The notes under the pieces were generated by a model. That model was not told the origin of the DNA. It saw only the letters and a list, made by a program, of their open reading frames with translations, and ran no database searches. Of a stretch of 64,000 bases of DNA, positions 44,176 to 52,085 are shown in pieces. Origin of the DNA: a virus. Every line of letters begins with the position of its first letter. Positions within the stretch are counted from its first letter, which is position 1. The stretch is from IMG/VR virus record IMGVR_UViG_3300038336_000025. The stretch is one strand, 5' to 3'. The position numbers and the translations under genes were made by a program.

Positions 44176-44482
44176 AGCTTATATAAGATTCTTATGTATA
44201 ATTGGCATGGCATTTATATAATGCGTAGTTACAGTGTTATACATATAGAAATTTATGTATTGCTTGTCATTAACCAGAAATGGTGTTGAGAATACAGGTT
44301 CATTTGGAAGAAATTCTAAAAAAGAAGGAACCTACGGAGGATGATTTCCTCTGCTAAAAATTGACGAAGTCAAGTTTTTAGTTAAATACCAGTAATTACA
44401 GGAAATTACCAATATTACACAGAATACTGTTTTAATTGTGGATTACTAGATTTTTTACTGGTTTATTAAAAAGGATAAATAA

Positions 44483-44710
44483 ATGCTTAATTATATATTA
44501 ATTACTATTGGTTATTTAACAATTGGCTTTGTTGTTGCGGTAGTTACTTTAATTTATGATCATAGTGATGACATAGATCGAGACAATTTTATAAAATTGT
44601 CTATCTTTTTATGGCCGATTGTTTTGTTAATCTTGTCGTGGTTGTCTGTATCATCATTCATATGTGAGAAAACGATAAAATTGGTTAATTATTTGAAAAA
44701 GCGATTATGA
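44483..44710 (+). CDS. Membrane protein (75 aa)
   Basis: ORF track; AAAGGA SD; two TM helices. Confidence 0.6.
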   Translation: MLNYILITIGYLTIGFVVAVVTLIYDHSDDIDRDNFIKLSIFLWPIVLLILSWLSVSSFICEKTIKLVNYLKKRL

Positions 44711-44973
44711 TACAATTACCGCCATTTAAACATATCTTTCCAATTAATAGAACAAGGATATTCCCAAGTTGGGGAAATTCTTATGTAGACAATTGGGTAA
44801 GATTTGAAACATTTATTGGTGGTGTTGATGTCAATGATAGTTGTGTTATGTATTTTGGAACGCCGAGCCAACCGGATAGACCTGACATTTGGGAACGATT
44901 TGCTAACTGTCAGGCTCCTAGAATGGTGGATGTTTGTGTTGCTTCTTTTCCACATCCGGGCAGAACACCTTAA
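44707..44973 (+). CDS. Hypothetical protein (88 aa)
   Basis: ORF track; ATGA coupling. Confidence 0.55.
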   Translation: MIQLPPFKHIFPINRTRIFPSWGNSYVDNWVRFETFIGGVDVNDSCVMYFGTPSQPDRPDIWERFANCQAPRMVDVCVASFPHPGRTP

Positions 44974-44983
44974 ATAAATTTTC

Positions 44984-45012
44984 TTGACAAAGTTTAAATG
45001 ATGTGCTATTCT
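44984..45012 (+). promoter_or_regulatory. Sigma70-type promoter TTGACA-N17-TATTCT with TG extension
   Basis: TTGACAAAGTTTAAATGATGTGCTATTCT. Confidence 0.5.
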
Positions 45013-45047
45013 ATAATAGACGTTTAAATCCATAGGAGTTTATCAAA

Positions 45048-45584
45048 ATGAAAATAACCGAAATTCAACCGTTCAAAACAATTGCTGGTACACTTGAAAA
45101 ACAAAAACAATTAATAGATTTGTTTGTTAAAAAAGGTGGTTTATGTTTAACACCATCCAATGATATTAATTATGGGTCATTATTTTGTATTCATAGATCA
45201 ATAAAGAATGACCGGATGTTAATATCTAATTATGCTAATTTGGTCGATTTTGAAAATTGTGATTTACCATATATGTCTTTTAAAGGAACAATTGAGCTTT
45301 TTGAATCTTTGGAAGATCACCAAACAGGTAAATTTGTAGAATTCGATATTGATTCAGATGGTAGATACCAGATACCAAATACAGCAATTCTTTCGTGGCA
45401 GGATTATATGACTTATGAACATGGCAATAAAAGAATATTTGGTGGGTGGTTGTGGTCACATAATGGTAAAGAATTCTGGCGTGGTCGTTGTGGACTCAAT
45501 GGGTCTGGTAAAATCGTAAATGATTGCGATAAATGGGTAAAACCATTAGTTCCCAAGAAAATACGCTTCTGGGTAGAGGAATAA
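45048..45584 (+). CDS. Hypothetical protein (178 aa)
   Basis: ORF track; AGGAG SD. Confidence 0.65.
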   Translation: MKITEIQPFKTIAGTLEKQKQLIDLFVKKGGLCLTPSNDINYGSLFCIHRSIKNDRMLISNYANLVDFENCDLPYMSFKGTIELFESLEDHQTGKFVEFDIDSDGRYQIPNTAILSWQDYMTYEHGNKRIFGGWLWSHNGKEFWRGRCGLNGSGKIVNDCDKWVKPLVPKKIRFWVEE

Positions 45585-45590
45585 CAACAA

Positions 45591-45950
45591 ATGATTACAA
45601 ACATCATTATTAACATAATCATTTCTGGTGTTATCTCATTCATCATCGGTTATATCATTGGTCGAGTGACTTACAAGCCAACAAGAACATTCATATCTAT
45701 TGATGAAGCAAACCAGAGAATTGGTAAATATGGCACTCTGTTTGACAATCAAAAGAAACGAATTGAAGCTAAAGATTCACCATTTTCACCAGAAACAACA
45801 CAGTCTATAGAAAATACCCGGAAAATGGGTGAGAAATTAATTAACAGGTTAAATCGCGACCAAGAACCTAAATTAGAAATCATTGATGTTCGCGATATAG
45901 GCAAAGAAGAGGCTGACAACATAATTAAAAGGTTAAATAACCATGAATAA
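45591..45950 (+). CDS. N-terminally membrane-anchored protein (119 aa)
   Basis: ORF track; hydrophobic N-terminus. Confidence 0.6.
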   Translation: MITNIIINIIISGVISFIIGYIIGRVTYKPTRTFISIDEANQRIGKYGTLFDNQKKRIEAKDSPFSPETTQSIENTRKMGEKLINRLNRDQEPKLEIIDVRDIGKEEADNIIKRLNNHE

Positions 45951-46179
45951 ATTGTTAAAAAGACGTTTCCACAAACACCCAATGTATTTGATCCTATGGG
46001 AATTCTATGTATCAGAACACACCATCAGGCAGACTGTTAGTAGATCGTTGAAAATGCGATTAAAGAATATCACAGATGTTTATCTTAAAAAGTTGTGTCA
46101 TCAAAATTCTTTTTACGATGTATATGGTCACAAGGTTCAATATGAACCAACCGATATTTCTATACAAAAATTAGATTAA
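45943..46179 (+). CDS. Hypothetical protein (78 aa)
   Basis: ORF track. Confidence 0.55.
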   Translation: MNKLLKRRFHKHPMYLILWEFYVSEHTIRQTVSRSLKMRLKNITDVYLKKLCHQNSFYDVYGHKVQYEPTDISIQKLD

Positions 46180-46191
46180 AGGAAATAATCA

Positions 46192-46635
46192 ATGATTATA
46201 ATTAAAAAAAGTATAACAGCAGATAGTAGAACTTGTGATTGTAAGAACATTCCAATTGATGTTCTTGAACGTTCAACATACCAACACAAAGATGATGTTG
46301 AAAAAGCAATGGTATTTTTTCAAAGGCTGATGAGGATTGAAGGTTGGAGTCATGATGACCACAAGCTTCGCACAATGAAGGAATTTCACAAGGCTTTCCA
46401 AGGTGGGTTTGTTGATGAAACATGGTGGAATGAACACAAGAAGGAACTACATCATTTACCACCGGATGCAGATATAAATATGGTTCATGTATTTGCATTC
46501 ATATGTGATTGTGTAATGGCTGGTCTTGGCAGAACTGGTAAAATAAGACCTATCACAATTGACAGTGAAGTTCTACAGAAAGCCTTTCGAAACACTGTTA
46601 ATCTTTTGGTTAGCAATGTAAAAGTTGAGGAATAA
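46192..46635 (+). CDS. Hypothetical His-rich protein (147 aa), possible metal-dependent hydrolase fold
   Basis: WSHDDHKL ... NEHKKELHH; motif-level only. Confidence 0.6.
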   Translation: MIIIKKSITADSRTCDCKNIPIDVLERSTYQHKDDVEKAMVFFQRLMRIEGWSHDDHKLRTMKEFHKAFQGGFVDETWWNEHKKELHHLPPDADINMVHVFAFICDCVMAGLGRTGKIRPITIDSEVLQKAFRNTVNLLVSNVKVEE

Positions 46636-46639
46636 AATC

Positions 46640-46912
46640 ATGACAGATGAAGAATTGATGAACTTAACCGCCACGAAAGCCAGAGAGATACAATTAATCG
46701 AACAAAATGATAAAACCGATAAACAATTAATTGCTATCTTGAAACAAGTTAGAGAAACAATTTCCAAAACAGATAAGGATCATTTGTGGTGGTATGATGT
46801 TTTGGAAGCCAGAACAATTGAGAGATTACGGTTGATGAAATATGTTGTTGTAAATGCATCCAATCAACATGACGGAACCGGCTACAAAATTTCATGGGGA
46901 GAACATGATTAA
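46640..46912 (+). CDS. Hypothetical protein (90 aa)
   Basis: Track TTG start trimmed to ATG 46640 after GAGGAA. Confidence 0.6.
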   Translation: MTDEELMNLTATKAREIQLIEQNDKTDKQLIAILKQVRETISKTDKDHLWWYDVLEARTIERLRLMKYVVVNASNQHDGTGYKISWGEHD

Positions 46913-47139
46913 TGTCAGAAATTAATGCAATATCAATGAGAGCTATTGTAGCTTCAAGAGTTGATCAACAAGAGCTGAACGTGATATTAAACGAAATTCG
47001 CACAGCGGCAATGGCTGGATTGGTAAATATCAAAACAAATTGTAGTTCTCCCGGCATCCACAGGGAACTTATCAATCGTGGTTTCGTTATTGAAGATATT
47101 TCATCAACAGCATCTAAGTGGTATAAAATTCATTGGTAA
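46912..47139 (+). CDS. Hypothetical protein (75 aa)
   Basis: ORF track. Confidence 0.55.
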   Translation: MSEINAISMRAIVASRVDQQELNVILNEIRTAAMAGLVNIKTNCSSPGIHRELINRGFVIEDISSTASKWYKIHW

Positions 47140-47149
47140 AGGATAACAT

Positions 47150-47347
47150 ATGTCACGTTATGCAGGAAAGATCAAGGTTATCTGTGCTAACAATATGTGT
47201 TTTCCTGTTAATACAAATCTGGAACCTTGTGGGTGTGAATGTTATGACCCCTACCCAAGATTACCAGATGATGCAATCGAACATATAAGTTATTACGATT
47301 ATTTACAAAGAAAATTTGGAGTTGAAATAAATGTCCAGCGTAGGTAG
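47150..47347 (+). CDS. Cys-rich small protein (65 aa)
   Basis: ORF track. Confidence 0.55.
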   Translation: MSRYAGKIKVICANNMCFPVNTNLEPCGCECYDPYPRLPDDAIEHISYYDYLQRKFGVEINVQRR

Positions 47348-47564
47348 AAATCAAACAGTTGGTTATACAAAGAGACAGTCTGGCACAAACATGGACTTTT
47401 CAAGGCGATCACTTGAAGCTATGGAAATCCCAGAACTTGAAGAAATGTTGGAATACCTGAAAACCAATGGTAATCGTTCTTCAAGAAAGCTTGTAGAGAA
47501 GATATTGAATTCCAAACTTAATGAAAATAATTTAACATTTAAACTCAGGTTAGAAAAGGATTAA
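47331..47564 (+). CDS. Hypothetical protein (77 aa)
   Basis: ORF track. Confidence 0.55.
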   Translation: MSSVGRNQTVGYTKRQSGTNMDFSRRSLEAMEIPELEEMLEYLKTNGNRSSRKLVEKILNSKLNENNLTFKLRLEKD

Positions 47565-47568
47565 ACGA

Positions 47569-47664
47569 ATGTTGGAAAAAGGAATTCTGTTAACAATTGT
47601 TGTCATTTTATTATCTGTGGTTATTACATCGACTCCACCGGTAACAGCAGAGAAACCACCATAA
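47569..47664 (+). CDS. 31-aa membrane/signal-like peptide
   Basis: Hand translation MLEKGILLTIVVILLSVVITSTPPVTAEKPP. Confidence 0.35.
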   Translation: MLEKGILLTIVVILLSVVITSTPPVTAEKPP

Positions 47665-47685
47665 GTTGTAAAACCTACAAACAGA

Positions 47686-47814
47686 ATGAGTCTGATAGAA
47701 TCCAATGATCTTGATAACAAAACATCACTATTCCTCATCGCTTTGGATAACAAAGAATATCTTGTTTGTTCTAGTTGGGATGGTGGAATTACAATTGTTG
47801 AGGTAACTAAATGA
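47686..47814 (+). CDS. 42-aa hypothetical protein
   Basis: Hand translation MSLIESNDLDNKTSLFLIALDNKEYLVCSSWDGGITIVEVTK; preferred over the antisense track ORF 47550-47831. Confidence 0.35.
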   Translation: MSLIESNDLDNKTSLFLIALDNKEYLVCSSWDGGITIVEVTK

Positions 47815-47975
47815 AAATAGAAATAAATCAATCCAACTTACAAATGCAATTATGGATTATCATCGCTGGTTATTTATCATGGATTACACACCATTCATTT
47901 GGTTTGTGTGTTTTTCATGGATTGTTAAATGTGTTTTACATTCTTTATTGGCTTTGGAATAACTCTATTACATAA
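47811..47975 (+). CDS. 54-aa membrane protein
   Basis: Hand translation MKIEINQSNLQMQLWIIIAGYLSWITHHSFGLCVFHGLLNVFYILYWLWNNSIT; ATGA coupling. Confidence 0.4.
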   Translation: MKIEINQSNLQMQLWIIIAGYLSWITHHSFGLCVFHGLLNVFYILYWLWNNSIT

Positions 47976-47987
47976 AAGGATAAACAA

Positions 47988-48500
47988 ATGGAAACCAAAA
48001 CAGCATTTTCTGTAGATTTGTTGGAATTTGAACGTGGGTGGGGTAGCAAGGTAGACGACACAATCATCTTCTTGGATGCCAACAAAGCTTATAAATACGT
48101 TGAAGAATTTAATGCCAAGAACAATGCAGACAAAGTTCCTGACTGGTATATGACGGCAGAAAAGCCAGTTGATATCAAGCTGGCGACAGAATCTTATGAT
48201 ATCATTGACAAAACTGTTGAAAAATACATGAGTGAACGGGAACTACGCGATCAGTTAATGGCTAAAAACAAGCCAGAAGACACGAAACCAAGACCATTAA
48301 CATGTGCTGGTTGTCTACAAGAATTGAAACCACCACTTAAAGGATTGCCTGATTGGTATGCTTTTAAACTATCCTATACCAACATAGCAAACCCACTCAC
48401 TGATAATGAAGCGTGTATACAACTCATTCCATTATTCACAGGTGATAAATATTTCTGTAATAAGAAGTGTTTAATTGAATGGTTAAATAAACTAAAATAA
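47988..48500 (+). CDS. Hypothetical protein (170 aa) with C-terminal Cys cluster
   Basis: ORF track; AAAGGA SD. Confidence 0.65.
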   Translation: METKTAFSVDLLEFERGWGSKVDDTIIFLDANKAYKYVEEFNAKNNADKVPDWYMTAEKPVDIKLATESYDIIDKTVEKYMSERELRDQLMAKNKPEDTKPRPLTCAGCLQELKPPLKGLPDWYAFKLSYTNIANPLTDNEACIQLIPLFTGDKYFCNKKCLIEWLNKLK

Positions 48501-48512
48501 AGGAACTGAACC

Positions 48513-49961
48513 ATGCTTTCTAAATTAAAAACATTTGCTCAAGACATTAACAAAGAACTTGATGGTATACTCTATCTAGTGGGTGGTTCTGTTCGCGATA
48601 TGATTATGAACATAGCACCAAAGGATTACGATCTTGAACTGTTTAGAGTCTGGCCGAAAGACTTTGTTAAATACCTCGATAAAAAGAAAATCCCATTTAA
48701 GTTTAACAGCGATGCAAAATTCCCTGTTTACCGTGTCTGTATTGTGAATAACCTTCTTGACGATGAAGAATGGGTTGAAGTTGGTTTCCCTCGTGTAGAC
48801 AACAAGACAGGCCCGAAACATTCAGACTTTGAATGTCTTGTAGACCCATTTATGTCGGTTATTGATGCCGCGATGAGAAGGGATTTCACAATCAATGCTG
48901 TTTATTACAACCTTTTAAAAGATGATTACGAGAATCATGGCTTTGTTAGCCATATAACACACAGTAGGGAATTATCCCCTGTTCACATGGAGAAGTTTAA
49001 GGAAGACCCACTTCGTATTATGCGCGGGTTCCAATTTGCTTCTCGTTTTGGGCTATATACGGCTGATACTCTTGAAACCGTTGATGTAGATATGATCAAT
49101 GGATTATCACATGTAGACCCAAGCGGCATCTACGCTGAATTTGTTAAGGGAATTACAAAGGCAAAGAACATCACAAATGCTCTTGAATACCTTTGTTCAA
49201 TAGCATTACGAAATAACGGTTCTGAATTCTTTAAACCTATTACAGAAATGTTTTATTGCTTACAGAACGCCAGACACCATTTCGAAGGTAATGTTTGGGA
49301 ACACACAAAACTCGTTATCAAGAATGCTATTGAACTGGCAGATACCGATGATGAAAAGGTTCTCCTGTTCTTCGCTGCTTTCTTCCATGACATAGGCAAG
49401 ATACCAACATTTAAACTTGATACCGCCGGGAATCCAACTGCTCATGGTCACGATGTAGAAGGTGATGATCTGGTTGAACTTTATGGTAGTCGTTTCGGAT
49501 TACCAAAGAAGATGATTAAACAGATTATCGTTTTGAAACACTGCCACATGATTGGTAATGATGCCAAGAATAAGAAGCTTTATTTAATGGCAGAAGAATT
49601 AGAGAAAGTCGGCCTGAATTTCGATATCCTTTGTAAGCTGATGCTTGCTGATGTTTATGGGTCTGTTAAGGAATATTTCAGAAGCACTGTTAGAAGTCAT
49701 GGCGAAATCTACAATTTCATGGCGAAAATTAAATCTCTTGGAATTGAGCTTAAACCATTGCGAATGTTTGTCAGTGGGGATGATATTCTTTACCACAGTA
49801 ACGGTAAAATCAAAGGTAAGAAACTTGGTGATCTGCTTTATGAAATGAAGATGTTGCAGATTAACAATCGTGTTGCAACACGACAGGAAGCATTTGATTT
49901 TATGAAAAAACGCATCGAAAATATTTTGGAGAAAATAGTTGACAAAGAAACGCCTGAATGA
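48513..49961 (+). CDS. cca: tRNA nucleotidyltransferase (CCA-adding enzyme) with HD domain
   Basis: GGSVRDMIM..DYDLE, RRDFTINAV, HD domain FFHDIGK. Confidence 0.8.
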   Translation: MLSKLKTFAQDINKELDGILYLVGGSVRDMIMNIAPKDYDLELFRVWPKDFVKYLDKKKIPFKFNSDAKFPVYRVCIVNNLLDDEEWVEVGFPRVDNKTGPKHSDFECLVDPFMSVIDAAMRRDFTINAVYYNLLKDDYENHGFVSHITHSRELSPVHMEKFKEDPLRIMRGFQFASRFGLYTADTLETVDVDMINGLSHVDPSGIYAEFVKGITKAKNITNALEYLCSIALRNNGSEFFKPITEMFYCLQNARHHFEGNVWEHTKLVIKNAIELADTDDEKVLLFFAAFFHDIGKIPTFKLDTAGNPTAHGHDVEGDDLVELYGSRFGLPKKMIKQIIVLKHCHMIGNDAKNKKLYLMAEELEKVGLNFDILCKLMLADVYGSVKEYFRSTVRSHGEIYNFMAKIKSLGIELKPLRMFVSGDDILYHSNGKIKGKKLGDLLYEMKMLQINNRVATRQEAFDFMKKRIENILEKIVDKETPE

Positions 49962-49997
49962 TAAATTGATTATGCCATAACAGCTCCATGATTTCTG

Positions 49998-50036
49998 AAA
50001 ACCCGCTAGTTTCTTCCTTTTCTAGCGGGTTTTCTC
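49998..50036 (+). terminator. Intrinsic terminator after the cca gene
   Basis: Stem AACCCGCTAG/CTAGCGGGTT followed by TTTCTC. Confidence 0.75.
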
Positions 50037-50107
50037 ATTTCCGGGGAATTTCGGTTGGATTTAGTTTAATGTTAAATTAGTCTAACCGTTGGACAAAAAG
50101 AATTTGA

Positions 50108-50137
50108 TTGACAAACCTTATTAAACGATGATATAAT
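50108..50137 (+). promoter_or_regulatory. Consensus sigma70 promoter TTGACA-N18-TATAAT with TG extension; -10 ends 6 nt before ATG 50144
   Basis: TTGACAAACCTTATTAAACGATGATATAATCAATATATG. Confidence 0.75.
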
Positions 50138-50143
50138 CAATAT

Positions 50144-50518
50144 ATGAAGAAAGATAAATTAGATGGAATTCCTTTGCTTATCGACCCTGAAGAATTTTTT
50201 AAACATGCTTTAATTCTCAGGGAACTTGACCAAGTTGGTTATTTGAATGTTGAGATAACCGATAAGGAATGTTTGGAAAAGCTGAAGATTCCAGAAGCTC
50301 TTTACAAATTTGCTTCTGAAACAAATACACCAGTTGGAGAAATGATTAATGTTATTTTAAGAGATTGGTGTATTAGAATGTTTGAAGGTGAATCTAAATA
50401 CAGGAAAGGGCTTTTGTTCAAAATAGTTAAATGTCCGTCTAGTGTATTGACTGATGAACAGAAGAATAAATTGATTGTATTTTTACACAAGGATATACCA
50501 GAGTTGCAGAAACGATAG
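50144..50518 (+). CDS. Hypothetical protein (124 aa), probably translated from a leaderless mRNA
   Basis: ORF track; no SD; predicted TSS coincides with the ATG. Confidence 0.55.
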   Translation: MKKDKLDGIPLLIDPEEFFKHALILRELDQVGYLNVEITDKECLEKLKIPEALYKFASETNTPVGEMINVILRDWCIRMFEGESKYRKGLLFKIVKCPSSVLTDEQKNKLIVFLHKDIPELQKR

Positions 50519-50586
50519 ACAAAGATTAGCTTGAACATTGTTTATTTATATGTTAATGTTGATGAACACAAACAAAGGATTTGATC

Positions 50587-50940
50587 ATGACTAATGATGA
50601 AGCGATTGAAGCAATCGAAAAGTTTCAAAGATGCCGAACAACCCTTGAAAACTTTGATAACCTGACAATCATTGGTAATCATGATGAAATCAATGATAAT
50701 GAACATCGTTTAAAGCATTTTCAGGTTAAGCTAAGTGAAATATTTAAAGATAATATTATCACTTTCCGGGTATCAATTGTTCAAGATACATTCTTTTGTT
50801 GTGTTGTTACACGATATAATAAAAGCACGTTCGTTACTGATAAAAATTTTGTTGATAAACTGATATCTGGCGAAGAGCCAGTTACAGATAGAATCAGATT
50901 ATTTCTAAATAGTGATACAATGAATAAATTAATTTCATAA
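50587..50940 (+). CDS. Hypothetical protein (117 aa) immediately upstream of tnpB; not a Y1 (HUH) transposase
   Basis: Track TTG start trimmed to ATG 50587; no HUH or catalytic-Tyr pattern. Confidence 0.6.
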   Translation: MTNDEAIEAIEKFQRCRTTLENFDNLTIIGNHDEINDNEHRLKHFQVKLSEIFKDNIITFRVSIVQDTFFCCVVTRYNKSTFVTDKNFVDKLISGEEPVTDRIRLFLNSDTMNKLIS

Positions 50941-50944
50941 AAAC

Positions 50945-52066
50945 ATGAATAAAACATTTAAATATAGAATTTACCCAACAAAGTCACAAGTTAAAAAACT
51001 GAATGACAACATTCGGGCTTGTCGATTTGTTTGGAATACCTTTCTTAATGAAAGGAAAGTTCTGTATGAAACGGAAAAGAAGCAAATCTCTTGCTTTGAT
51101 CAAACAGCAAAACTAACTGAGCTGAAAAAAGAATTCCCATTTTTAAAAAATGCGTATTCACAGTCATTACAACAAATTGTTATCAAATTAGATTTGTCCT
51201 TTAAGTCATTTTTTAGACGCATCCAAAACGGAGAAACACCGGGGTATCCGAGATTTAAAGGATGTTATCGACTAAGTTCTATATATTTCACCCAATTTGG
51301 TAAGGGTTGTAAAATAGCTAATGGAAAGTTAGCCGTTTCTAAAATTGGTGATATAAAACTAGTTTATCATCGCGAATTAATAGGAACTCCAAAAACAGCA
51401 ACGATTAAACGTACACCAACTGGTAAATGGTTTGTATCTATCTGTTGTGAAACTGATAATACCATATTGCAAACAAACGACTTATCTGTTGGTATTGATT
51501 TGGGTATTAGCAAGTTTGCTACTTTTTCTGACGGAACAGTTATTGAAAATCCGAGATTCTTCAAAGAAGAAGAAATCAAAATCAAGAAAGCTCAGAGTAA
51601 AACAGACAAACTTGTTAAAGGTTCTAAAGAACGATTTAAAGCTAGAAAGGTTGTTAATCGTATTTATGAACGTTTAAGCTGGAAGCGAGACAATTTTTCT
51701 CATCAAGAGAGTAGGAAGGTGATAAATAAATATCAAAATATCATTCTTGAAAAGTTGGAGATATATAAATTGATACACAATGGATACCCAAACTTAAACA
51801 AATGTATAACAGATGTAGCATGGAATAAATTTACAAGTTTGGTACAATACAAAGCGGTAGAAGCTGGTAGAACTGTCATTCTTGTAAATCCTAAAAATAC
51901 CACAAAAACTTGTAGTCAATGTGGTAAGATTGTTGATAAATCTCTAAGTGAACGAGTACATAATTGCTCTTGTGGACTTGTATTAGATAGAGATTTAAAC
52001 GCAGCTATTAACATTTTAAGATTGGGAACACAATCTTTACAAAGACTCTGCCTCTCGGCAGAGTAA
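50945..52066 (+). mobile_element. tnpB: TnpB (IS200/IS605-family OrfB) RNA-guided nuclease gene, catalytic triad intact, no TnpA nearby
   Basis: N-terminus KYRIYPTKSQVKKLNDNIRACRFVWN; RuvC-I VGIDLGI; RuvC-II ILEKLE; Zn finger CSQCG...CSCG; RuvC-III DRDLNAAINI. Confidence 0.85.
52018..52063 (+). ncRNA. Two adjacent hairpins in the last 49 nt of tnpB: candidate 3' end of the omega (re)RNA scaffold / IS right end
   Basis: AAGATTG-GGAACA-CAATCTT (52018-52037) and CTCTGCC-TCTC-GGCAGAG (52046-52063), ending at the TAA stop. Confidence 0.4.
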
Positions 52067-52085
52067 TGTTCACAAGGAGTTAACA

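Noticed and set aside
47550-47831. Track ORF (93 aa, -) in the + strand small-gene run
   Set aside because: It is antisense to three short, translationally coupled + strand ORFs, and no minus-strand expression signals are present.
50587-50940. ORF upstream of tnpB as the missing IS200/IS605 TnpA
   Set aside because: It has no HUH motif or catalytic Tyr pattern, and no serine-recombinase features. It is treated as an unknown partner or passenger.
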